64,000 bases of DNA from an uncultured delta proteobacterium. GTDB taxonomy: Bacteria > Myxococcota_A > Polyangia > Fen-1088. Shown in pieces: positions 19,557 through 29,429 of the stretch. Location: positions 384,001-448,000 of the forward strand of contig CAVYGB010000010.1 in NCBI GenBank assembly GCA_963767925.1, in the 5' to 3' direction. A program made the translations under genes and the position numbers. How positions within the stretch are numbered: the stretch's first letter is position 1; each line of letters opens with the position of its first letter. The notes beneath the pieces are model-generated. The model worked only from the letters and a program-made list of their open reading frames with translations, did not search any database and had not been told where the DNA came from.

Positions 19557-20297
19557 TCAGCCCGTCTCGTCCGGATCCGCCGTGGTCCAGCGCGGCGCCT
19601 CGCCGGCTGCTGGCCGCCCCTGCAACAGCTCGTGGGGACGGAACCCGGCCTTGTAGCGCATGGAGATGCAACCAAGCAGCCGATAGCCCAGGTAGACGTG
19701 TCGCTTTCCCACCTTGCGGGCGTGCTCGATCAAGGTGAGCACGTGGTTCACCCCGAGCGACAGCCGCTCCAGCGCCGGATCGTGGAAGAAGTAGACCGCG
19801 CTGAAGGCGGTCTCCGTCTCGTCGCAGATGCCGACGCCGACCAGCCTCCCCGCTTCCCGGTACAGCATCTCGCGGCTGCAGGCATCGACCGAGGCGAAGC
19901 TGCGCGTGTATTCGGCGGCGTCCAGCGCCGCCGGCTGCCAGCCGCGCCGCTGCTCGCGCACAGAGTGCCAGCGGTTGTGCAGGGCCAGGCGCTCCTCGTC
20001 GACCTGGGGGGGCCCCAGCTCCACTTGCAGGTGCTGGCACCGGTTGCGGGCGCGCCGCTGGGCCCGGGAGGGGTGGAAGGTGTCCACGTCGATCCGCAGC
20101 GACACGCACTCGCCGCAGGTCGCACAGGCCGGCCGGAACACCGCCGCGCCGAACCGCCGCCAGCCGCGCTCGAGCAGCCGGTCGAGGTCGGCCGGCTGCA
20201 GGCCGAGCAGCACCCGATACTCCATTTGCGCCTCCCGGTCCGGGAGGTAGTCACAGACGGCGGCTTCGGTGACGAAGTGCGCGAGCTCGAGCGGCAA
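19557..20297 (-). CDS. bpt: Arginyl-tRNA-protein transferase family (ATE/Bpt)
   Basis: CDYLPDR...GWRRFG..FRPACATCGECVSLRI...SAVYFFHDP..SLG...YLGY....MRYK. Confidence 0.88.
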   Translation of the reverse strand: MPLELAHFVTEAAVCDYLPDREAQMEYRVLLGLQPADLDRLLERGWRRFGAAVFRPACATCGECVSLRIDVDTFHPSRAQRRARNRCQHLQVELGPPQVDEERLALHNRWHSVREQRRGWQPAALDAAEYTRSFASVDACSREMLYREAGRLVGVGICDETETAFSAVYFFHDPALERLSLGVNHVLTLIEHARKVGKRHVYLGYRLLGCISMRYKAGFRPHELLQGRPAAGEAPRWTTADPDETG

Positions 20298-20365
20298 CTC
20301 CTGATTGTGCCCCGCCCGCCGGCCGCCGTCGAGCGTCCGCGCCGGCCACGGCCTATAACAGGGCG

Positions 20366-21142
20366 GTGGGAGATCACCTGGTCCTGGCGGTCGCCGGCCT
20401 GCCGCCGGGGGCGGAGGTCCGCCGGCAGGCTGCCCGGATCGCCGATCTGGCGCCCGCTGACTTCGACCGCCGGCTGGTGGGGATCTTGCCCCGGGTGCTG
20501 CTCTCGGGGCTGTCCGGGGACCGCGCCGAGCAGCTCTCCACCGGCCTGGCCGCGCTGGGCTACACGCTGCTCACCTGCGATCCCGCGGCCGTCCCGGGTG
20601 ACGGGGACCGGCTGGTGGCTCGCGAGCTGCAGCTCGCGGACCGCGCGCTGGTCATCACCGATGGACAGGGCAACACCCACACCTGCCCCCGGGCGGCCAT
20701 CTCGCTGTTCCAGCGGGGAGTGCGGCTGTCCCGGACGACGACAAAGGCGACGACCTCCGAACGGCGCTTCTCGATCGGCAAGGCCCTGCTCTCCGGCGGG
20801 CTCCTGCTGACCAGCAAAGTGGAGCGAACCCAGGTCAAGACGCGCGACAGCCAGGAGGCCTTCCTGCTGGTCCAGCGAAGCGACGGCGAGCCAGACATCA
20901 TCGTCTACGAGCGCCGCCTCGACTACCGCTTCCTCGGTCCCGAGATGTCCACCTCCAGCCGGACCAACCTGGATCGGGTGCTCGCCGCCCTGTGTGGCCT
21001 GGCCCCCGACGTCGCCGTCGACGAGCGGGTCGCCCAGCCGGGCTTCGTCTCCGGTCTGCCCACCACGCCCGCCGATCCGGTCGACCTGGCCCTGTTCCTC
21101 GTCACCCTGGCCCGCCTCAAACACCCCGACCAGCAACCCTAG
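20366..21142 (+). CDS. Hypothetical protein
   Basis: 258-aa ORF with genome-like codon use filling the gap between flanking genes. Confidence 0.65.
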   Translation: MGDHLVLAVAGLPPGAEVRRQAARIADLAPADFDRRLVGILPRVLLSGLSGDRAEQLSTGLAALGYTLLTCDPAAVPGDGDRLVARELQLADRALVITDGQGNTHTCPRAAISLFQRGVRLSRTTTKATTSERRFSIGKALLSGGLLLTSKVERTQVKTRDSQEAFLLVQRSDGEPDIIVYERRLDYRFLGPEMSTSSRTNLDRVLAALCGLAPDVAVDERVAQPGFVSGLPTTPADPVDLALFLVTLARLKHPDQQP

Positions 21143-22215
21143 GGGCGGCGGTCGCCTCCTTTTTCGACAAGCGCCAGCGTTTGCTCGAGCATTTGCCGCC
21201 GCCGGCCGTCGGTCTCAGCCTTCAGGATGCCCCGCAGCGCCCGCAGGTGGGCGACCTTCAGGGCGTCGGCCGCCGGCGTGGCCAGGTCCGGCTTGACCCC
21301 CACCCCCTCCCAGTTCGTCTTGGTGACCGGGTTGATCGCCCGCCCGGTGGGGACGAAGGCCACGAACCCCGCCCCCAGGGCCACCGGGCCGCCGGGGTGG
21401 GCGCCGCCGCCGGTTGTCTCGCCGATCAGGGTGGCGCGCTTCTGGGTCTGCAGATTGTAGCTGAACTCCTCGGCGCCGCTGAAGGTGCGGGCGCTGGTGA
21501 GGACGAAGACCGGCTTGTCGGGGTAGCGCGGGCCGGGCAGGGTCGACTCGGTCCAGAACTGCTGCGTCCGGTTCTTCGGGCGGTCGTAGATGTCGTTGAG
21601 GTGGACGCGCCGGCCTTCGGCGAACAGGTAGCTGCACAGGAAGGCGACCGTCTCGGGGTCACCGCCGCCGTTTTCGCGCAGGTCGACGATCAGGGCCTCG
21701 GTGTGGGCCAGCAGGTTCATGGCGGCGGTGAGCGCGGGGGCAGAGAGGGACCTGGGCGCGAAGGAGCGCAGGTCGAGCAGGCCGACGTTGCCGGGGAGCA
21801 CCTCGACCTTGCTCACGCCGAAGTTGTGGCGGGCCATCAGCCGGGCGAAGCGCGCCTTCTCCTCGACCGAGGGCTCGGCGTCGGGGTCGTCGGAGCCGCG
21901 GAAGCCAGGGTCGAAGCGCACGCGCAGGTGACCATCTCTTGTCGTCGCGCGCAGGCTCCTGGTCAACGCCTCGGCGAAGCCCTGCGCGTGGCGCTGGGCG
22001 TAGGTGCCAGCGGCGAGCTGGCGGGCCAGATCGCTGGCCGCCCGCTCGGCGACCTCCGGGAAGACGTAGTGGCGGCGCAGGGCCTGGGCGAGGGCCTGCA
22101 CAACGGCTTGCCGCTTGGCTCCGTCCATGGGTGCGTCGGGGGGCGGCGGGGACGGGGCGAGGGAGATCAGCCCGGGCAGGACCAGGGTGAAGACCAGGGC
22201 GGCGATGGACGACAT
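21139..22215 (-). CDS. S41-family peptidase
   Basis: DGHLRV, LIVDLRENGGG, TFSGAEEF, GETTGGGA, WEGVGVKPD; signal peptide. Confidence 0.92.
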   Translation of the reverse strand: MSSIAALVFTLVLPGLISLAPSPPPPDAPMDGAKRQAVVQALAQALRRHYVFPEVAERAASDLARQLAAGTYAQRHAQGFAEALTRSLRATTRDGHLRVRFDPGFRGSDDPDAEPSVEEKARFARLMARHNFGVSKVEVLPGNVGLLDLRSFAPRSLSAPALTAAMNLLAHTEALIVDLRENGGGDPETVAFLCSYLFAEGRRVHLNDIYDRPKNRTQQFWTESTLPGPRYPDKPVFVLTSARTFSGAEEFSYNLQTQKRATLIGETTGGGAHPGGPVALGAGFVAFVPTGRAINPVTKTNWEGVGVKPDLATPAADALKVAHLRALRGILKAETDGRRRQMLEQTLALVEKGGDRRP

Positions 22216-22317
22216 GGAGCCTCCTCGGAGAGCCAGCGGATGCGTCCATCACCTTGCGGGCCGCTCCTGCCGGTCTCAAGGCGGCAAAGTGCCGGAATCC
22301 AGGCACAATGACGGGGC

Positions 22318-22758
22318 ATGACCAGGACGCATCTGGATGACACCGACCGGCGGCTGCTGGCGGAGCTCGAGGCGGATGGGCGGCTGACCCAGGTGGCGCT
22401 GGCGGCCCGGGTGGGGCTGTCGCGGACGGCGGTGCAGGAGCGCATCGCCCGGCTGGAGCGCGAGGGGGTGATCCAGGGGTACACGATTCGACTGCGCGAC
22501 CCGGGCGCCCGGCCGGGGCTGCGGGCGTACCTGCTGCTCAAGGGCGGGGCGAGCCACGAACGGGCGGTCAAGCTGCTGCGGGGCTTTCCCCAGGTGAAGG
22601 TGGCCGACTCGGTCAGCGGCGACATCGACCTCATCCTCCAGCTCGAGGCGGAACGTATCGAAGATGTCACGCGGGTGCGGGACGAGGTGGCAAAGCTGCC
22701 GGGCGTTGTCTCGACCCAGACGCTGGTGGTGATGACCCCCCGGTTCGATCGGCGCTGA
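22318..22758 (+). CDS. Lrp/AsnC-family transcriptional regulator
   Basis: LDDTDRRLLAELEADGR...VGLSRTAVQERIARLEREGVIQGY; VSGDIDL. Confidence 0.93.
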   Translation: MTRTHLDDTDRRLLAELEADGRLTQVALAARVGLSRTAVQERIARLEREGVIQGYTIRLRDPGARPGLRAYLLLKGGASHERAVKLLRGFPQVKVADSVSGDIDLILQLEAERIEDVTRVRDEVAKLPGVVSTQTLVVMTPRFDRR

Positions 22759-22841
22759 GCTGCGCCGGCTGGCCGGGGTCGCCGGGAAACCGGGTGGAAT
22801 TCGGGTCGCGGCGCCGGCCGATTTCTCGTAGAACTTGCCCC

Positions 22842-23261
22842 ATGAGCGACGCCAGCGCGAAGGACAAGGGCCCCCACCCCTTCACCGTCAACGTGGAGGA
22901 GGCCACCCTCCAGAACGCGAACTACCGGGCCACCTTGTGGACCGGCAAGTTCCTGCAGCTCACCGTCATGAGCATCGAGCCGGGCCACGACATCGGCCTC
23001 GAGGTGCACGAGGATCACGACCAGTTCCTGCGGGTGGAGGCGGGCCAGGCCCGGGTCCAGATGGGCCCCCGCAAGGACGACCTGTCGTACGACCGCACGG
23101 TGGAGGACGACTGGGTCATCCTGGTGCCGGCGGGGTCGTGGCACAACGTCACCAACGTGGGAAAGCAGCCGCTGAAGCTGTATTCGCTGTACGCCCCGCC
23201 GGAGCACCCCCACGGCACCGTGCACCGGACGAAGGAAGAGGCGGACGCGGCGGAGCACTAG
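22842..23261 (+). CDS. Cupin domain protein
   Basis: IGLEVHEDHDQFLRVEAG...VPAGSWHNVTN...LYSLYAPPEH. Confidence 0.92.
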   Translation: MSDASAKDKGPHPFTVNVEEATLQNANYRATLWTGKFLQLTVMSIEPGHDIGLEVHEDHDQFLRVEAGQARVQMGPRKDDLSYDRTVEDDWVILVPAGSWHNVTNVGKQPLKLYSLYAPPEHPHGTVHRTKEEADAAEH

Positions 23262-23281
23262 ACCGTCTCGCTGGGCCGGCC

Positions 23282-23869
23282 GTGAAAGACGTCGTGAACG
23301 GAATCAGGAAGCGCCGGACGGCGATCGCATGCGCCCTGGGCCTGGGGATGGCGGCGGCGATCGGCTGCTCGGGGATCTTCGGTCGGGGCCAGGGCGAGGG
23401 CCCTTCTCCCGGTGCGCCGCCCGGGGACGCGGCGGCCTGCCAGGCGGCCGGGCTGGTCTGGCGGAGCGGGCGCAAGACGAACTACACCTCCTACCCCGAG
23501 CCGGGCAGCGAGGAGTGCATCGCGTACAGCGGGTGCAAATACGAGGGGCTGTTCGCCGCCTGCGAGGGGAAGCGATCGGAGGACTGGGTGCGCGCGCACA
23601 ACATCGCCGCCTTCTTCCCCGGCTTCGGCTCCATGCGGCTTCACGATCTGTGCATCCGCCGGGGGGACCGCTCGATGGTCGTGACGGTGTACGACACCTG
23701 CGGCGACGGGGACTGCAACGGCTGCTGCACCCGGAACCAGGGGAGCGCCGAGGCGCTGGTCGACCTCGAGCACTACACCAACGCCCGCTTCGGTCTGGCC
23801 GACGGGCCGATCGAGTGGGCCGATCTCGGCCCCACCCGCTCGGCGGGCTGCGACGCGCCCGGGCGCTGA
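23282..23869 (+). CDS. Cys-rich lipoprotein, probable double-psi beta-barrel (barwin/kiwellin/RlpA-like) fold
   Basis: AAIGC lipobox; TNYTSYP..EC..YSGC; VVTVYDTCGDGDCNGCC...LVDL; start approximate. Confidence 0.55.
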   Translation: MKDVVNGIRKRRTAIACALGLGMAAAIGCSGIFGRGQGEGPSPGAPPGDAAACQAAGLVWRSGRKTNYTSYPEPGSEECIAYSGCKYEGLFAACEGKRSEDWVRAHNIAAFFPGFGSMRLHDLCIRRGDRSMVVTVYDTCGDGDCNGCCTRNQGSAEALVDLEHYTNARFGLADGPIEWADLGPTRSAGCDAPGR

Positions 23870-23958
23870 GCGGCCGGCGCCATTCGTCCCCGAACCAGCG
23901 GCTGGTCGGGCTCGCACCCGCCGGCGCCTGACGTACACTGCCGGTCCAGCGAGCCCCC

Positions 23959-24958
23959 ATGTCAGACGCCATCGAAACCAGCGCCCTCGTCAAGACCTTC
24001 GGGATCCACCCGCGCCCTCGACGGGGTGAACCTGTCCATCCGGGGCGGCTCCGTCTACGGGCTCCTGGGGCCCAACGGCGCCGGCAAGACCACCATCATC
24101 CGGGTGCTGACGACTCTGCTGCAGCCGACCAGCGGTCGGGCCTCCGTGCTGGGGCACGACGTGGTTCGCGAGGCGGCGACCGTGCGCGAGAAGGTCAGCC
24201 TGACCGGGCAATACGCCTCGGTGGACGAAGATCTCACGGGCCACGAGAACCTGCGTCCTCGTCGCCCGGCTGCTGGGCCTGTCGTGGCGGGACGCCCGGA
24301 GCGCGCGCCAGCGAGCTGCTGGAGGCCTTCGGCCTGGCGGACGCGGCCGGCCGGCAGGTGCGCACCTATCTCGGGCGGCATGCGCCGGCGCATCGACATC
24401 GCCGCCAGCCTCGTCACCCGGCCCGAGATCCTGTTCCTCGACGAGCCGACGACCGGGCTGGACCCGCGCAGCCGCAACCAGGTGTGGGATCTCGTGCGCC
24501 AGATCGCCGCCGACGGGACCACGGTGCTGCTGACCACCCAGTACCTGGAGGAGGCGGACCGCCTGGCCGAACGCATGGCGGTCATCGACCACGGGCGGGT
24601 GATCGCCGAGGGGACCAGCCGCGAGCTCAAGGCCTCCATCGGCAGCAACGCCCTGCTGGTCCACCTGGCCAAGCCCGAGCAGCGCGCCTCAGGCGCAGAC
24701 GCTCATCGCCGGCTTGCTCGGCGACGGCGTCCTGCCCACCACCGACCCCGCGATCGATCACGGTGAAGGTGGCGGACGCCGCCGCGGCCACCGAGGTGCT
24801 CGCGCGCGCTGGCGCGGGCCAACATCCCGGTGACCAACTTCTCCCTGGGCACGCCCAGCCTGGACGACGTGTTCTTCGCCCTGACCGGGCGGCCCGCCGA
24901 GGACCGAGCCGCCGAAGGAACCAGCGGCAAAGGCAACGGAAAGGAAGCCCGCCCATGA
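23959..24958 (+). pseudogene. DrrA-like ABC transporter ATP-binding protein, frameshifted
   Basis: [55 protein letters not shown] spread over frames; several +1 insertions; end approximate. Confidence 0.85.
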
Positions 24959-25775
24959 CCACCGACGCGATCCCCACCCAGCGGGAGGGCCTGCTCCTGC
25001 GGCATCGCCCGCGACCGGTCTCGGCCCTGTCCGCGGTCGGCACCCTGGCCTGGCGGGCCATGCTGAAGATCAAACACGTCCCGTTCCAGCTCTTCGACGT
25101 GACGGTCACGCCGATCATGTTCACCCTGCTGTTCACGTACATGTTCGGCGGGGCGCTGGCGCGGCTCACCGCGGGCGTACATCCAGTTCCTGCTGCCCGG
25201 CATCCTGGTGCAGACCATCATCTTCATCACCGTCTACACCGGCGTCGGCCTGAACACCGACATCCAGAAGGGCCTCTTCGACCGCTTCCGCTCGCTGCCC
25301 ATGTGGCAGCCGGCGCCCATCCTGGGCGCGCTGGCCGGCGACCTGTTCCGCTACTCCGTCGCCTCGCTGCTGATCATCGTGCTGGGTCTGATCCTGGGCT
25401 TTCGCCCGGGCGGCGGCGCGCTCGGGGTCCTGCTGGCCTTCGCCCTGGTGCTGATCTTCGCCTTCGCCGTGTCGTGGATCTGGATCATCTTCGGCATGAA
25501 GGTCAAGACGCCCGAGTCGGTGATGACCACCAGCTTCGTCTTCCTGATGCCGCTCACCTTCGCCAGCAACATCTTCGTCGGCCTCGAGACCATGCCCGCG
25601 TGGCTGCAGGCCGTCGTGCGCCACAACCCGGTCACCCACCTGACCAACGCCTCCCGCGGCCTCATGCACGGCAAGCCCGTCGGCCGCCGACGTCGTCTGG
25701 GTGCTTGTCGCCTCCGCCGTCATCGTGCTCGTCGCCGCCCCCATCGCCCTGCGCATGTACCACCGCGAGCGCTGA
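24955..25775 (+). pseudogene. DrrB-like ABC-2 permease, frameshifted
   Basis: WRAMLKIKHVPFQLFDV..PIMFTLLFTYMFGGA / YIQFLLPGI..DIQKGLFDRFRSLP..NPVTHL; two +1 insertions. Confidence 0.85.
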
Positions 25776-25826
25776 CCCCCTTGGTGACGGCGCCCGCCTC
25801 GGCGCGCGCCGTGATTGCGGCGACGG

Positions 25827-26849
25827 TCAGTTCGTCGCGGCGGCTTCGGGGGGGAGCGCGAGGTCGCCGAGGACGTACTGGATGCCGTCGAGGTAGAAGG
25901 TGAGGACGCGCGGATCCCAGGAGGAGTCGGCGATGTGGCCGAACATGCCGTAAAAGACGCGGCCGGCGCCGTGGCGCTTGATCCAGGAGACGGCGAAGTC
26001 CTTGTCGGTGCGGTGGATGGGCTTGACGCCGGCGGTGGCGGGGTCGGACAGGTCGAGGGTCATCAGCACGCGGCGGTCGGAGCGGCGGTAGGGGTCGGCC
26101 AGCTCGTAGAACTCTTCCTTGATCTTGAAGTCCTGGCCGGCCCAGGCCCGCAGCAGCGGATGCTGGGGCTCGGCCAGCTCGACCGCCCAGCTCCCCGAGG
26201 GGTTCCAGGGGTGTCCGCCGAAGGTGGCGCCCACCACCTCGGCCCCCTCGGGCCAGTACTTGAAGGTGTCGATCGCGGCGTGGATCCCGACCACGCCGCC
26301 GCCCGCCCCCACCCAGTCGAGCAGCGCCTGCTGCTTGGCCGCGTCGGGCAGGACGACGTGGGCGGTGCTGTTGAGCACCAGGGCGTCGTAGCGGGAGAGC
26401 ACGCGGCGGTCGAACACCTCGTAGTCGCGCGAGAAGTGGACCTCGAAGGCGCCGGTCTTCTTGCCCAGCAGGGCGAGGGCGTGGTTGGCGGCGGGCACGC
26501 CCCCCTTGTGCAAGATCGCGTCGGCACGCCAGAACACCAGCAGCTTGCGCGGCTTGCGCGCGGCGACCGCGGCCCGCGCCGGGATGGCGGCGGCGATCCG
26601 ATCCAGCACCTCGGCCGACAGGGGCGGCAGCGGCACGGTGAAGGTGTTCAAGGTGCCGCCGGCGTCGGCGGCGACCATCTTCTGGCCGTTGGGGTTGAAG
26701 GCCACCGCCCCCACCGGCCGGGTGTGTCCGGTCTGGGTGCAGAGCAGGCGGCCGGAGGGGACGTCCCAGACCTGGACGGTGCGGCCGGCGGCGGTGGCGA
26801 GCTCGTCGCTCCGCGGGCTGAGCGCGACGGCGGCGATCTCGCCGGGGAT
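25827..26849 (-). CDS. ThuA-like domain protein preceded by a WD40 fragment; appears 5'-truncated
   Basis: IAAVALSP..LATAAG..VQVWD..GHTRPVGAVAFNP (WD40) then GGGVVGIHAA, FGGHPW, EEFY, GRVFY..FGH (ThuA); coding-like codon use stops near 26850. Confidence 0.75.
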   Translation of the reverse strand: MPGEIAAVALSPRSDELATAAGRTVQVWDVPSGRLLCTQTGHTRPVGAVAFNPNGQKMVAADAGGTLNTFTVPLPPLSAEVLDRIAAAIPARAAVAARKPRKLLVFWRADAILHKGGVPAANHALALLGKKTGAFEVHFSRDYEVFDRRVLSRYDALVLNSTAHVVLPDAAKQQALLDWVGAGGGVVGIHAAIDTFKYWPEGAEVVGATFGGHPWNPSGSWAVELAEPQHPLLRAWAGQDFKIKEEFYELADPYRRSDRRVLMTLDLSDPATAGVKPIHRTDKDFAVSWIKRHGAGRVFYGMFGHIADSSWDPRVLTFYLDGIQYVLGDLALPPEAAATN

Positions 26850-26884
26850 GCGCCTACCCGCTGAAGAACAGCGGTGCCTTCGAG

Positions 26885-27820
26885 ATGAAGGTCGACCTGG
26901 CCCGGGGCAAGGGGAGCGACGCGGACATCGTCTGGCAATACCAGCAAGACCAGGGCAGCGAACGACTTGGCGCGAAGGGCCTGGTGGCGGTGCGGCTCGG
27001 TGACGGCGCCAGCCCCCGACCGGCGGCGGTGACCTTCGGCGCCGACGGCACGCCGCTCGCGCTCATCGTGGACGGCGAGCCACCGGTGCCGCCGGGGCTC
27101 CTCGTCCCGCGGCTGCGCGAACGGTCGGCCGTCGCGCCGGCAGGTGGGGGCACCGGCGCCCGCCTCGTGCCGCCGATCCTGGTCGGCCTGGGGATCGTCG
27201 CGGTGGTGGCGGGCGGCCTCTTGTGGGCGAGGAGCCTGGACAACGTCGCGTGCGGCATCACCTCGCTGGGCGGCGGATGCCCCGAGTCGTCCCCCTCCAG
27301 CGGCGGCGCCCAGGCGCTGGCCGGTCTCGGTGTTCTGACCATCGTCGCCGGCCTGATCGCCGGCTCGGCCGCCCCGGCAGACGCCCCCGGCCCCCCCGCC
27401 GCGGCCCGCCGTTCGTCCTCACTTTCAGCGACCGCTTCTGATCAGGTCCGGCGCGCCATCGACGGCGCGCGGGTGTCGACCGGGTCTCCGCGGGGCTACC
27501 CGCGCGATCCCAGGCTCGCCTGGATCTTCAGCTTGCGCTCACAGGCCCGGGCGCCCTTGCACTTCTTGGCGATGAAGTCGCGGACGGTCTGCTCCAGGAA
27601 GGTGACGAGCTGGCGTTCGCTGGTGGCCGGAGGCTGGCCCCGGCAGGCGGCGAGGGCGAAGGCGGTGGCGCTGAGGCGGTGCGTGTGTCCCTCCGGGGAG
27701 GTCCAGCTCAGCGGGGGCGGATCGGCGCGCGGGTCGGTCTCCTGCTGCGCGAGCCGGAGGGTACGCTCCGGGACGATCGTCCGCGACCCGTCGCGGCGAT
27801 CGGTGAGCGCCAAGCCATAG
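26885..27820 (+). CDS. Hypothetical membrane protein fragment, possibly chimeric
   Basis: Two hydrophobic helices at about 27170-27370; the 3' part overlaps the opposite gene and is probably not real. Confidence 0.3.
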   Translation: MKVDLARGKGSDADIVWQYQQDQGSERLGAKGLVAVRLGDGASPRPAAVTFGADGTPLALIVDGEPPVPPGLLVPRLRERSAVAPAGGGTGARLVPPILVGLGIVAVVAGGLLWARSLDNVACGITSLGGGCPESSPSSGGAQALAGLGVLTIVAGLIAGSAAPADAPGPPAAARRSSSLSATASDQVRRAIDGARVSTGSPRGYPRDPRLAWIFSLRSQARAPLHFLAMKSRTVCSRKVTSWRSLVAGGWPRQAARAKAVALRRCVCPSGEVQLSGGGSARGSVSCCASRRVRSGTIVRDPSRRSVSAKP

Positions 27821-28455
27821 AAGCTCCCCTGCGCGCCCTCCACGATGTCGACCAGCACCTCCAGAGGGCCGGAGGCGCAGGCCAGCTCCACCGCCCGCTT
27901 CGGGTGGGCGGCCCCCTCGGGAGGCGCGGCGCGCTCCTCGGGTGGACCGGGGCTCTCGCCCTGGCCTCCGCAGGTCGTGCCGTCGCTGACCTGGAAGATG
28001 CGGACCTTCAGCTCGCTCGTCCGGGCGCCGAGCGCGCAGGTGTCGACATCGAGCTGCCGGTAAGCCGGCACAACGAGCTCGATGTAGCGCCCTCCGGTAG
28101 GCGCCCCGCCGAGGGTGGCCGTCGCGGCAAAGTCATGCAGGTTCTTGCACCGCGCGCCGCGGACCGGGTAGGCCGCGGTGAAGGTCCCCGCGAGGCTGGC
28201 GCTCGCGACATCGAAGCGAACGCCGGGCGGAACGTCGTGCTGGATCTGGGCGCGGGAACGGCGCACAACCGTCCCCCTGGTCCTGCCGCCCTCGCTGGTG
28301 ACACATATCGTGCCGACGGAGGTGCAATCCCCCTTGTCGGGCGTGGCCGCACATCGTTGCTCGGTGATGTAGAGCCCACCACCTGGACCGGGATCGGCCC
28401 AGGCCCGTGAGACGCACAACCAGGAGCCGATGGCGGCCAGCGCGAGCCTCCTCAT
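27496..28455 (-). CDS. Hypothetical secreted Cys-rich protein
   Basis: Signal peptide MRRLALAAIGSWLCVSRAWA; about ten Cys in the mature part. Confidence 0.6.
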   Translation of the reverse strand: MRRLALAAIGSWLCVSRAWADPGPGGGLYITEQRCAATPDKGDCTSVGTICVTSEGGRTRGTVVRRSRAQIQHDVPPGVRFDVASASLAGTFTAAYPVRGARCKNLHDFAATATLGGAPTGGRYIELVVPAYRQLDVDTCALGARTSELKVRIFQVSDGTTCGGQGESPGPPEERAAPPEGAAHPKRAVELACASGPLEVLVDIVEGAQGSFYGLALTDRRDGSRTIVPERTLRLAQQETDPRADPPPLSWTSPEGHTHRLSATAFALAACRGQPPATSERQLVTFLEQTVRDFIAKKCKGARACERKLKIQASLGSRG

Positions 28456-28508
28456 CGAAAAATTCCTTCGGCTCAAGCGGTTGCCGCTTTAGCTCGAGAT
28501 CAGGAGGC

Positions 28509-29429
28509 ATGCGTGCTCTCCTGGCGCTGTCTCTTGGCGGTTTCTGTCTCGTGACCGGGGCCTGTGGCGCTCACGTCCCGCAGCCGTACGTGGCTCCCCC
28601 GCTGCCCCCTCCTCCGACGCCGCTCAAGAGCGTGCCCCACGCCCTGGTCCACACAAACGGGGTCACGATTCGCTCGGCCGAGGGGTCGTTCCAGCTCCAG
28701 GCGGGCGCCCACGCGGTCACGCCCTTTTCCTCCGCCGATTGCCCGGAAGAGCCCGACACCTCCAACTACGTCCTGGCCATCCAGGCCGGGGGCCAGGCGG
28801 TGTGGGTCGACATCCCGGGTCGGCCGCAGCCGCTCGCCGGGATCCTGCTGTTCTGTGATGTGCCAGAGACCGCGACCGGCCCGGCCACCCGGATGCACCT
28901 GGTCCGCATTCCAGACCAGTACGTGGAAGCGACCGCCGGCGGCCGCATGAGCGTTGTCTACGAGCCGCTGATGGCCCGGGTGGGCTTCGAGCAGAAGAAG
29001 GTGGCCACCTGGATCCTGTACCTGTCCGAACACCCGGTGCCTGGTCTGAACTGGCCGGCCACCGGGGCGGGCGGGGGCAACCGTGGCACCGTCAGCAAAC
29101 CCGAGGCGGGCATCGGCGGCTCCCACGCGGGGCGCATCAGCGGGGCCCAGGGCGAACAGTTCAGCTCCGCGCCGGGCTCGGTCGGCCTGCGGCTCGAAGC
29201 CCGCAACGGCCAGGTGGTGGTGACCGGCGTTCAAGCGGGCGGCCCGGCGGAGGCGGCGGGCATCGGCTCGGGTGATGTCATCGTGTCCGTCGGCCCGGTT
29301 ATCGCGGCGAAGGCGCCCCTGCAGCAGGTGGTGGGCGCGCTGAAGGGGCAGTCCGGGTCGACGGTGTTCGTCACCGTGCGCCGGAGCTCCTCCGGTCTGG
29401 ACGAAGTGCTGGCTGTGCAGCGGCGGTGA
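28509..29429 (+). CDS. Lipoprotein with C-terminal PDZ domain
   Basis: AGGAGG RBS; LVTGAC lipobox; GSVGLRL...VVTGVQAGGPAEAAGIGSGDVIVSV...LKGQSGSTV. Confidence 0.8.
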   Translation: MRALLALSLGGFCLVTGACGAHVPQPYVAPPLPPPPTPLKSVPHALVHTNGVTIRSAEGSFQLQAGAHAVTPFSSADCPEEPDTSNYVLAIQAGGQAVWVDIPGRPQPLAGILLFCDVPETATGPATRMHLVRIPDQYVEATAGGRMSVVYEPLMARVGFEQKKVATWILYLSEHPVPGLNWPATGAGGGNRGTVSKPEAGIGGSHAGRISGAQGEQFSSAPGSVGLRLEARNGQVVVTGVQAGGPAEAAGIGSGDVIVSVGPVIAAKAPLQQVVGALKGQSGSTVFVTVRRSSSGLDEVLAVQRR

